A stretch of 52,535 nt of DNA from Patescibacteria group bacterium (lineage in GTDB: Bacteria; Patescibacteriota; Minisyncoccia; Minisyncoccales; JAHCRE01). A program made the position numbers and the translations under genes. Positions 1 to 6,210 of the stretch are shown piece after piece. Position 1 is the first letter of the stretch. Each line of letters opens with the position of its first letter. The notes under the pieces were generated by a model. The model was not told the DNA's origin, made no database searches, and was given only the letters and a program-made list of their open reading frames with translations. The stretch covers positions 1-52,535 of the forward strand of contig JAHCRE010000019.1 in NCBI GenBank assembly GCA_020148145.1. Direction: 5' to 3'.

Positions 1-65
1 AATATCAATTGTTTAGTTAATAGTTCTTTTATTTCTTTTTTGAAGATATTATAAAAGTTTCTCAT
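1..65 (-). CDS. ABC-2-type transporter permease, N-terminal fragment (runs off the window)
   Basis: ATG at 65..63 overlaps the TGA of the upstream ATPase gene (ATGA). It reads MRNFYNIFKKEIKELLTKQLI and stays open to the window edge. ATPase-permease coupling is the usual layout. Confidence 0.4.
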   Translation of the reverse strand, partial: MRNFYNIFKKEIKELLTKQLI

Positions 66-784
66 CTAATAGCTTTAATAAATACTTCTTCAATGTTTTT
101 GGCATTATATTTTTCTTTTAATTCCTGAGGAGTGCCAGTTTCCAAAATTACTCCTTTATCTATTAAAGCGATTCTATCACATAAAAAGTCCACCTCCAGC
201 ATATTATGAGAGGATAGTAAAACCGTTGTCCCTTTTTTAACAAAATCCTTAATGATTCTTCTCATTTCCTGAGAAATTATCACATCCAATCCCGCTGTCG
301 GCTCATCTAAAATAGCTAGCTCAGGATTTATCATTAAAGTTCTGGCCACCAATAATCTTCTTGTCATTCCCTTACTATAGGTGCTTACTTTATCTTTTAT
401 GCGCTTTCCGAGTTTAGCTAATCCTATTCCTCTGTCCGTTATTTCTCTTTTTTCTTCATTACTATTTGAATAAAATCCAGCCATAAATTCCAAATAATCC
501 TTTCCTGATAAATTTTTATAAGCACCAGCCTCTTCTGGTAAATAGCTTATTTTCTCTCTAACTTCGTCTGCTTCTTTGATTACATCGTAACCAAATACTT
601 TCACTTCTCCAGAAGTAATTTGCAGTAATGTTGAAATAACCCGCAAGGCAGTAGTTTTTCCAGCTGCATTTGGGCCAATTAAACCAAAGATTTCTCCTTT
701 AGGTACTTCAAAAGAAATACCTTTTAGGGCTCTAAGATTCCCGTAGTCTTTTATTAAATCTTTAATTTCTATTGCTTTATTCAT
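62..784 (-). CDS. ABC transporter ATP-binding protein (ABC-2/NatA-like)
   Basis: Walker A GPNAAGKTT, signature-like YSKGMTRRL, Walker B LAILDEPTAGLD, H-loop SSHNM. Confidence 0.9.
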   Translation of the reverse strand: MNKAIEIKDLIKDYGNLRALKGISFEVPKGEIFGLIGPNAAGKTTALRVISTLLQITSGEVKVFGYDVIKEADEVREKISYLPEEAGAYKNLSGKDYLEFMAGFYSNSNEEKREITDRGIGLAKLGKRIKDKVSTYSKGMTRRLLVARTLMINPELAILDEPTAGLDVIISQEMRRIIKDFVKKGTTVLLSSHNMLEVDFLCDRIALIDKGVILETGTPQELKEKYNAKNIEEVFIKAIR

Positions 785-848
785 ATAAAGTTTTTTTATT
801 TTAGCATATTTTAAAAAGTCAGTAAAAACTCAAATTAAAGATAATGAA

Positions 849-920
849 ACCACTAAACAGGCTCTAATATCGTCCGTCCCTCGGAGTCGCCGCCGCCCCG
901 AGAGTTTTTCTCGGGAGGTT
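849..920 (+). repeat. Cassette-array boundary repeat, copy 1 (long form)
   Basis: Sequence ACCACTAAACAGGCTCTAATATCGTCCGTCCCTCGGAGTCGCCGCCGCCCCGAGAGTTTTTCTCGGGAGGTT. The core hairpin is CCCGAGA/TCTCGGG at 897-915. Confidence 0.85.
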
Positions 921-978
921 TATTAAAAGGTTGCACAAGCCTAGAAACATATTGATCACGCAAGAAAGACATAATTTC

Positions 979-1009
979 TTGCATATTTTTTAAAAATATG
1001 GTAGATAAT
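979..1009 (+). promoter_or_regulatory. Candidate sigma70-type promoter for the 1025 ORF
   Basis: TTGCAT, 17-nt spacer, TAGATA(AT). Preceded by the hairpin CAAGAAA-N7-TTTCTTG at 961-981. Confidence 0.35.
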
Positions 1010-1024
1010 TGTTAGGTGAAAGTA

Positions 1025-1495
1025 ATGAATGACGTAGAACACGCAGAAAAGCTTGTCGGCGAACTATTTCAGTTGAAATTCGGGACAGATATTCAAATCA
1101 GCGGACAAATGCACCAGCTTTTACGAGATATAACGCCTGAATTGGTACCTCATGTCATCCAAGAGCTCTTTAAAAAAAGAGATGGAGGGAGAAAACTTCT
1201 CTATCTTCCTGATGCTTGTGGTAGTCCTTTGTTTCTGATTGTTAGAACTATTGCAAAGCTCGAAGGGGTCCCATCTGATACTCTTCAGAATCTAGCTAGG
1301 ATATTGGAGTGGCCAGACATTGTGCATCAATTTGATTACTCATTAGTTAACACAATACTTGAAATGCTCAGAGGAATTAAAGATCTTTCTCCAAGAACAA
1401 CGGTTTCTATTAAAACATTCATAGGAAATATGGAGAATTGGCAACGACAGCAGGACATCATAGACACAGCAAGAGCTATAATAAAAGATGCTTAA
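1025..1495 (+). CDS. Hypothetical protein (cassette 1, 156 aa)
   Basis: Long ORF. The ATG at 1025 follows AGGTGA (1013-1018), so I prefer it to the GTG at 1016 in the ORF track. It looks GC-richer than neighbouring genes. I recognise no family. Confidence 0.6.
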   Translation: MNDVEHAEKLVGELFQLKFGTDIQISGQMHQLLRDITPELVPHVIQELFKKRDGGRKLLYLPDACGSPLFLIVRTIAKLEGVPSDTLQNLARILEWPDIVHQFDYSLVNTILEMLRGIKDLSPRTTVSIKTFIGNMENWQRQQDIIDTARAIIKDA

Positions 1496-1532
1496 TTGAC
1501 CAGCACAGAAAGATATAATCCCCCCTTTTTAT

Positions 1533-1561
1533 GCCTTAGTTCATAGAATTAAGGCTTTTTT
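1533..1561 (+). terminator. Rho-independent terminator of cassette 1
   Basis: GCCTTA-N11-TAAGGC stem followed by a T run. Confidence 0.6.
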
Positions 1562-1569
1562 ATTTAAAC

Positions 1570-1670
1570 ACCCTTAAAACAGGTTCTAACCCCAGTAGTA
1601 GAACAAAATTCACTACGGGGCACGCATCGTCCATTAGGGGGACCCGCCCCCGAGAGTTTTTCTCGGGGTT
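1570..1670 (+). repeat. Cassette-array boundary repeat, copy 2 (long form with an extra internal hairpin)
   Basis: Left arm ACCCTTAAAACAGGTTCTAA. Inserted hairpin CCCCAGTAGT..ACTACGGGG at 1590-1620. Then ATCGTCC and the core hairpin CCCCGAGA/TCTCGGGG at 1648-1668. Confidence 0.85.
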
Positions 1671-1697
1671 GACTTTTTAAATGGAGTTTGATAGTAT
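1669..1697 (+). promoter_or_regulatory. Sigma70-type promoter of cassette 2
   Basis: TTGACT (1669-1674), 17-nt spacer, TAGTAT (1692-1697). The -35 box abuts the repeat hairpin. Confidence 0.55.
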
Positions 1698-1716
1698 TCT
1701 TTTAGGAGGTAACTAC

Positions 1717-2055
1717 TTGATAAAAGTATATTCGCTAGAGATCTCTGGATCTCATAAGAAAGGATGGTGGGCACACATCATAAAAGAAAGGAAATTGGGA
1801 GGGTCGCGTAAAGGGACAATGGTGCCATTTCGGGAATTAACTGTCCTTACAGAACAAGACATTCAGAGAGTTTTAAGAGAAGGCTTTAACCACATTGAAA
1901 GAAGCTGTGGCGATATCATTTCTGTTGTTCAAGATATTATGAATGCAGTAAACCCAGATCCAGATCTTCCTAAAGATATAAAGATAGTAAGAAAATACCT
2001 AGTCATAGTTAGAGAACGCCCACCCACGGGTCCGAGAACCTTAAAGAAGAAATAG
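1717..2055 (+). CDS. Hypothetical protein (cassette 2, 112 aa)
   Basis: In-frame TTG at 1717 lies 7 nt after AGGAGG (1704-1709). The ORF-track ATG at 1681 lies inside the predicted promoter. I recognise no family. Confidence 0.55.
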   Translation: MIKVYSLEISGSHKKGWWAHIIKERKLGGSRKGTMVPFRELTVLTEQDIQRVLREGFNHIERSCGDIISVVQDIMNAVNPDPDLPKDIKIVRKYLVIVRERPPTGPRTLKKK

Positions 2056-2081
2056 TAGCTCTTTATCTCTCCATTTTTTAA

Positions 2082-2117
2082 AGGTGTCACTTAACAAAAT
2101 ACGGCACCTCTTTTTTA
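2082..2117 (+). terminator. Rho-independent terminator of cassette 2
   Basis: AGGTGTC..GGCACCT stem (one G-U pair) followed by CTTTTTT. Confidence 0.55.
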
Positions 2118-2150
2118 TTTCCGCCGCCCCCGAGAGTTTTTCTCGGGGTT
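2111..2150 (+). repeat. Cassette-array boundary repeat, copy 3 (short form)
   Basis: TTTTTTATTTCCGCCGCCCCCGAGAGTTTTTCTCGGGGTT. The 8-bp core hairpin is at 2128-2148. Confidence 0.85.
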
Positions 2151-2160
2151 TTTGTTTTTG

Positions 2161-2169
2161 TGGTATAAT
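2161..2169 (+). promoter_or_regulatory. Extended -10 promoter element (TGgTATAAT)
   Basis: TATAAT at 2164-2169 ends 9 nt before the ATG at 2179, which implies a leaderless or near-leaderless mRNA. Confidence 0.5.
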
Positions 2170-2178
2170 TTGATATAT

Positions 2179-2658
2179 ATGCTTAAGGAATCAGTTAAAA
2201 CGGGGCTAAGCTTTGGTCTAACTTCTGGAATTATAACAACGCTTGGGTTAATGGTAGGACTTCATTCTGGCACTCATTCAAAACTCGCAGTTATCGGCGG
2301 TATATTAACAATAGCAATAGCAGATGCATTCTCAGATGCGCTGGGTATTCATATTTCAGAAGAATCTGAGGCTAAACATACTGAAAAAGAAATATGGGAA
2401 TCAACAATTTCTACTTTTCTCTCTAAATTCTTGTTTGCTTTAGTATTTATTATCCCAGTTCTCCTTTTAAGGCTTTGGGTAGCAATTATGATAAGTATAA
2501 TCTTTGGGTTATTAATGATAGGTATTTTTAGCTTTAAACTTGCCAAAGAACAAAATATAAAGCCCTGGAAAGCGACTACAGAGCACCTAATTGTTGCTCT
2601 ATTAGTTATAGTTATAACTCATTATATTGGTGATTGGATATCATCAAAGTTTGGTTAA
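2179..2658 (+). CDS. VIT1/CCC1-like (DUF125-type) membrane protein (cassette 3)
   Basis: Multi-TM protein with GLSFGLTSGIITTLGLMVGL and AIADAFSDALGIHISEES motifs that resemble the VIT family. The start is moved to ATG 2179 because the upstream codons overlap the -10 box. Confidence 0.45.
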   Translation: MLKESVKTGLSFGLTSGIITTLGLMVGLHSGTHSKLAVIGGILTIAIADAFSDALGIHISEESEAKHTEKEIWESTISTFLSKFLFALVFIIPVLLLRLWVAIMISIIFGLLMIGIFSFKLAKEQNIKPWKATTEHLIVALLVIVITHYIGDWISSKFG

Positions 2659-2718
2659 ATAATTTGTAATAATTTCCTTACTTTTATTAAAGTAATTTCA
2701 GGCTGCTTGATTATATTT

Positions 2719-2816
2719 ACTCATTCAAAGGTTCTCCACCTTCGTTGAAACTTCGGCGGACAAGTAAAATCGTCCGCTAGACCGAGCTCGCTTGCCCGAG
2801 AGTTTTCCTCGGGGTT
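2719..2816 (+). repeat. Cassette-array boundary repeat, copy 4 (long form)
   Basis: Left arm ACTCATTCAAAGGTTCTCC, an inserted segment, ATCGTCCGCTAGACCGAGCTCGCTTG, then the core hairpin CCCGAG/CTCGGG at 2795-2813. Confidence 0.8.
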
Positions 2817-2817
2817 C

Positions 2818-2826
2818 TGTTATAAT
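2818..2826 (+). promoter_or_regulatory. Extended -10 promoter element (TGtTATAAT)
   Basis: TATAAT at 2821-2826, a few nt after the repeat hairpin. Confidence 0.45.
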
Positions 2827-2884
2827 AAAACAATAAAACAAAGGTCGACACTATCATCAATTAAATTTTACTAATTTTAAAAAT

Positions 2885-3514
2885 ATGAATAAAAGAAAGG
2901 TTTTAGCAATTTTATCCGTAATCGTAATTTTATTTTCGGTAGGATATGTCTTGGTAAATAATTGGGTTACAGCCCAAGAAAACGGAATAGTTATCGAAGA
3001 TAACGAAACTAACGAAAATGACGAAATTGTCATTGCCGGCGAAGATGACGAAACTGAAGACGAGGTTGGAAAGGCAGAAAAACAATTCGATAAACTTTTG
3101 AAACGATTAGAAAAAGCAGAATTTAAACTCTTTAAAGCACCAGCATCTCTCATTATCACCTCTAAAGGAAAAGCTACATTTGTTAATGCTGATTTAGCGG
3201 CAATAGAAACAGTAACTCCAGCAGAGAGCGGTATTTTGACAGTAAAGATTCATGGTTTAAATTTTGATGTAGATGCTTCAAAGGCAAAGATTTATGGTGG
3301 TGGAAAAAAGATTACAATTTCTGATCTTCAGATAGGAGATAAGTTATTAATTAAAGGTGTAGTGAATGAAGAAACAGGGATAATTGAAGCTACTCGAATT
3401 CACGATCGATCTATTCATAAAAAATCTATTGATAATCTTAGAGCAAGAATTCAAGAACTACTAAGAAAGATTGAAGAGCTTCGAGCAAGATTGGAGGCGA
3501 TGAGAGGTGATTAA
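2885..3514 (+). CDS. Secreted or membrane-anchored protein, acidic linker plus beta-rich domain (cassette 4)
   Basis: N-terminal hydrophobic anchor VLAILSVIVILFSVGYVLV, a D/E-rich stretch, and a C-terminal helix LRARIQELLRKIEELRARLE. No confident family call. Confidence 0.6.
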   Translation: MNKRKVLAILSVIVILFSVGYVLVNNWVTAQENGIVIEDNETNENDEIVIAGEDDETEDEVGKAEKQFDKLLKRLEKAEFKLFKAPASLIITSKGKATFVNADLAAIETVTPAESGILTVKIHGLNFDVDASKAKIYGGGKKITISDLQIGDKLLIKGVVNEETGIIEATRIHDRSIHKKSIDNLRARIQELLRKIEELRARLEAMRGD

Positions 3515-3646
3515 GAAATCCAGAACTCAACAATTATCTTAAGGTTGATTTTCAATCAAATTCTTTCTACTTTTAGATCTTTAGAGTAAGTTCTAATAAT
3601 TCTTTTGTTTGCCGCAAAACAACCCCAGGATTTTTAATCAAATCCA

Positions 3647-3718
3647 CCCACTCAAAGGTTTGAAAATCGTCCGTCCCGCGGAGCCGCCGCCCCGCCTTGG
3701 GAGGTTTTCTCTCGGGTT
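3647..3718 (+). repeat. Cassette-array boundary repeat, copy 5 (long form, degenerate hairpin)
   Basis: CCCACTCAAAGGTTTGAAAATCGTCCGTCCCGCGGAGCCGCCGCCCCGCCTTGGGAGGTTTTCTCTCGGGTT. It aligns closely with copy 1. Confidence 0.8.
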
Positions 3719-3722
3719 TTAT

Positions 3723-3750
3723 TTAACAAGAATCTAATATTGAATATAAT
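3723..3750 (+). promoter_or_regulatory. Candidate promoter of cassette 5
   Basis: TTAACA, 16-nt spacer, TATAAT (3745-3750). Confidence 0.4.
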
Positions 3751-3778
3751 AGAAACAGTACAAAAAGGAGGATTGAGA

Positions 3779-3973
3779 TTGGATAAACTATTTCAAGATC
3801 TAAAGGTTGGAACTTTCTTTCTGATGAATCTACCAAAAGAAAATCATCCAGATTGGGAGGTCGCGACATCCGCTCTTCATAAAAAAGTAAAGAACGACGC
3901 AGCAGTAAGGATAACAGACGGCAACTACCACGCAATAGCTCCTGGAAGATCTGTACGAGTAGTTCACATCTAA
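3779..3973 (+). CDS. Hypothetical small protein (cassette 5, 64 aa)
   Basis: In-frame TTG at 3779 lies 7 nt after GGAGG (3767-3771). The ORF-track start at 3740 overlaps the -10 box. The ORF looks GC-richer than the resident genes. Confidence 0.5.
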   Translation: MDKLFQDLKVGTFFLMNLPKENHPDWEVATSALHKKVKNDAAVRITDGNYHAIAPGRSVRVVHI

Positions 3974-3992
3974 AATTCGTTCTTTTACCTAT

Positions 3993-4024
3993 GCCCCGAG
4001 ACATGATAAAGCGGGGCTTTTTTA
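3993..4024 (+). terminator. Rho-independent terminator of cassette 5
   Basis: GCCCCG-N13-CGGGGC followed by a T run. Confidence 0.65.
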
Positions 4025-4074
4025 TTTCCGCCGCCCCCCCCCGAGAGCTTTTCTCGGGGGTTTTGTTCGCCGCC
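4018..4074 (+). repeat. Cassette-array boundary repeat, copy 6 (short form)
   Basis: TTTTTTATTTCCGCCGCCCCCCCCGAGAGCTTTTCTCGGGGGTTTTGTTCGCCGCC. The 9-bp core hairpin is at 4038-4060. Confidence 0.85.
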
Positions 4075-4076
4075 AT

Positions 4077-4105
4077 TTGACAAATTATTTATTTGGGTGT
4101 AAAAT
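4077..4105 (+). promoter_or_regulatory. Sigma70-type promoter of cassette 6
   Basis: TTGACA (4077-4082), 17-nt spacer, TAAAAT (4100-4105). Confidence 0.6.
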
Positions 4106-4131
4106 ATAATATAACCAAAGGAGGTGATTGC

Positions 4132-4362
4132 GTGGCTAATGTGCTTTGTGTAAGCGCAAATCTGAAGGAATTAAATGAAAAAGCAACAAGCAAGGTGTGG
4201 AGTCTCCAGAGCTTATTGTCCAAATGGACTACAGTCGTAGAAGAAACCGTTAGAAAGGATACTATGCAGAATATGCGACTCGTGAATGTTCTTCCCGTGA
4301 GATATGTTGCAGGAACATTGGAGGAAGCAATTCTCATTTTCGTTCCAAAGGAGGAGAGCTAA
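4132..4362 (+). CDS. Hypothetical small protein (cassette 6, 76 aa)
   Basis: In-frame GTG at 4132 lies 7 nt after AAGGAGGTGA (4118-4127). The ORF-track start at 4093 lies inside the promoter. Confidence 0.5.
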   Translation: MANVLCVSANLKELNEKATSKVWSLQSLLSKWTTVVEETVRKDTMQNMRLVNVLPVRYVAGTLEEAILIFVPKEES

Positions 4363-4377
4363 ACCAATAAAGTCCTA

Positions 4378-4405
4378 CGGGCAGACTCTTAATGCCCGTT
4401 TTTTT
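4378..4405 (+). terminator. Rho-independent terminator of cassette 6
   Basis: CGGGCA-N9-TGCCCG followed by TTTTTTT. Confidence 0.65.
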
Positions 4406-4472
4406 ATTTCCGCCGCCCCGAGAGCCTGCCGTGAACCGAGCTTCGCTCTGGTTCGTGGTTTCTCTTGGGGTT
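4399..4472 (+). repeat. Cassette-array boundary repeat, copy 7 (short form, loop interrupted by a second GC hairpin)
   Basis: TTTTTTTATTTCCGCCGCCCCGAGAG, then the insert CCTGCCGTGAACCGAGCTTCGCTCTGGTTCGTGG, then TTTCTCTTGGGGTT. Confidence 0.8.
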
Positions 4473-4478
4473 TTGATT

Positions 4479-4487
4479 TGGTATAAT
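4479..4487 (+). promoter_or_regulatory. Extended -10 promoter element (TGgTATAAT)
   Basis: TATAAT at 4482-4487, downstream of repeat copy 7. Confidence 0.45.
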
Positions 4488-4537
4488 TTGTTAAAGGTCA
4501 AATAATTAATTGAGAAAAATTAAAACTAATAAATAAG

Positions 4538-4864
4538 ATGTATATTGAAATTTTAATTGCTGGATTTGGAGGAGGAGTTATCAGGGGATTAATTGGATTC
4601 ATTAAGCATCAATACTCCTACAAAAATGTTGGTTTTCGTCTACCTTATTTTTTTAATATGATGTTCCTTTCTGGCATCGTGGGAGTCTTAACTGCCGTAG
4701 CCATTAAAGAATTGGGTATGACTTTTCTGGGTCTAGACTATCTCACTCCAGCCCTAGCCCTTATTATCGGTTATGCCGGCGGAGATTTTATTGAAAACGT
4801 TTACAAAATCATCATTAAAAAACCCTCCCTTTATTCTTTCCCAAAGGATTTGGAAACAAAATAA
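4538..4864 (+). CDS. Small integral membrane protein (108 aa)
   Basis: Three predicted hydrophobic helices (ILIAGFGGGVIRGLIGFI, FFNMMFLSGIVGVLTAVAI, LTPALALIIGYAGG). No family recognised. Confidence 0.6.
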   Translation: MYIEILIAGFGGGVIRGLIGFIKHQYSYKNVGFRLPYFFNMMFLSGIVGVLTAVAIKELGMTFLGLDYLTPALALIIGYAGGDFIENVYKIIIKKPSLYSFPKDLETK

Positions 4865-4877
4865 ATAATATAACTTA

Positions 4878-5342
4878 ATGAATAATCAATTTAATAAAAA
4901 AGTGGTTATTGGTGGAACTTTTGATGTGTTACATGATGGACATAAAGCATTATTAAAGAGAGCCTTTGAGTTGGGTGAAGTAATTATTGGTTTAACCTCT
5001 AATGTTATGGCTGGAGAAATGAAAAAAAGAGAAGTTCAAGACTTTGAAAGCAGAAAAAAAGAGTTAGAAGATTTTATTAGAAAGGAGTTTAAAGTTGAAC
5101 CGGGAATTGAAAAAATCGAAGATAAATTCGGCTTTGCCTTGGAAAAAGATTTTGATTATATTGTGGTTTCTCCGGAAACTTACGAAACAGCCCAACTAAT
5201 CAATGAGGAACGTCAGAAAAGAAATAAAAAACCTATAGAAATTGTCAAAATAGATTTTGTTTTAGCTGAAGATGGAACACCTATTTCTTGCCAGAGAATA
5301 TTGAAAGGGGAAATAGATAGACAGGGGAAATTATTAAAATAG
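4878..5342 (+). CDS. Phosphopantetheine adenylyltransferase, archaeal/eukaryotic type (cytidylyltransferase fold)
   Basis: GGTFDVLHDGHKALLKRAFE nucleotidyltransferase motif. At about 150 aa it is collinear with the archaeal PPAT I remember (VVSPETY, ISCQRILKGEI). Confidence 0.75.
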   Translation: MNNQFNKKVVIGGTFDVLHDGHKALLKRAFELGEVIIGLTSNVMAGEMKKREVQDFESRKKELEDFIRKEFKVEPGIEKIEDKFGFALEKDFDYIVVSPETYETAQLINEERQKRNKKPIEIVKIDFVLAEDGTPISCQRILKGEIDRQGKLLK

Positions 5343-5391
5343 CCAATTTTAGCTGAAACTGAATTAGCCTATTGGTTTACGAAGTCAATAG

Positions 5392-6210
5392 ATGTCAATT
5401 ATGAATAAAGTAAGTAGGGTAAGGGTTGAGAAAAGTTTAAAGGAATCTATTTTGAAGGCAGTGGATTTGATTGGTGGTTTTAAGCGATTTATAAGTCCTA
5501 CTGATGTAGTTTTATTAAAGCCCAATTTCAATACCGCCGATCCTTTTCCAGCCTCTACTGATTTGGGTTTTCTAAAAACTGTAACTGAATTAGTTTATAA
5601 TTGTGGGGCTAAGATAGTAATGATCGGTGATTCTTCTACTATGAGCTCCAATTGCCGAAAGATAATGGAGGGACTTGGAGTTTTTAATTTGGAAAATATG
5701 GAAAGACCTCCCCGGATTTATGTTTTTGAGGAACGCGAATGGGTGACAAAAGAAATACCCGGAGCTAAGTATTTAAAAAAGGTTTCTGTAACAGAATATT
5801 TAGACCGAGCCGATAAATTAATCCTTCTTCCTTGTCTTAAAACCCACTCCCAGGCCCAGTTTTCAGGAAGCCTAAAGCTCTCTGTTGGTTTTATGAAGCC
5901 CTTTCAACGAGTTCGTCTTCATCTCGGGCACACTCAAGAGAAAATAGCCGAGTTGAACAAAATTATCAATCCTGATTTGGTTATTATGGATGCTAGAAAA
6001 TGTTTTATTAATAAAGGACCTGCAAAGGGGGAGGTTCGGGAGCCGGGATTAATTTTAGCTTCAACTGACAGAATCGCTCTTGATGTTGAGGGTATAAAAA
6101 TAATTCAAAGTTTTAGAGGTAATTCGCTTAAAGATATTGATCCCTGGGAATTACCCCAAATTAAAAGAGCAGTAGAATTTGGCATCGGGGTAAAAAGCAA
6201 ATATGAATAA
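5392..6210 (+). CDS. DUF362 domain protein
   Basis: VVLLKPNFNTADP and LPCLKTHSQAQFSGSLK motifs are typical of DUF362. Confidence 0.55.
   Translation: MSIMNKVSRVRVEKSLKESILKAVDLIGGFKRFISPTDVVLLKPNFNTADPFPASTDLGFLKTVTELVYNCGAKIVMIGDSSTMSSNCRKIMEGLGVFNLENMERPPRIYVFEEREWVTKEIPGAKYLKKVSVTEYLDRADKLILLPCLKTHSQAQFSGSLKLSVGFMKPFQRVRLHLGHTQEKIAELNKIINPDLVIMDARKCFINKGPAKGEVREPGLILASTDRIALDVEGIKIIQSFRGNSLKDIDPWELPQIKRAVEFGIGVKSKYE

Noticed and set aside
3723-4486. ORF-track ORFs 3723..4076 (-), 4089..4337 (-) and 4304..4486 (+)
   Set aside because: They run antisense to, or across, the better-supported cassette ORFs and straight through the terminators and GC repeats (for example ..RGGAAEIKKPRF.., ..ISAAPRACREPSFALVRGFSWGF..). 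They are artefacts of the GC-rich repeats being free of stop codons.
849-4490. Integron cassette array (attC sites) as the explanation for the seven repeats
   Set aside because: The layout is integron-like: one ORF per repeat, all in the same orientation. However, I could not fit the attC R''/R' consensus (RYYYAAC ... GTTRRRY). Every cassette has its own promoter and terminator, which is unusual for integron cassettes. No intI-like gene is visible in the window. I keep this only as an analogy. Running IntegronFinder on the full contig would settle it.
849-4490. CRISPR array
   Set aside because: The repeat spacing is 400-900 bp, not 25-40 bp. The intervals are protein-coding with their own promoters and terminators. 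The repeats are heterogeneous in length. No cas genes are present.
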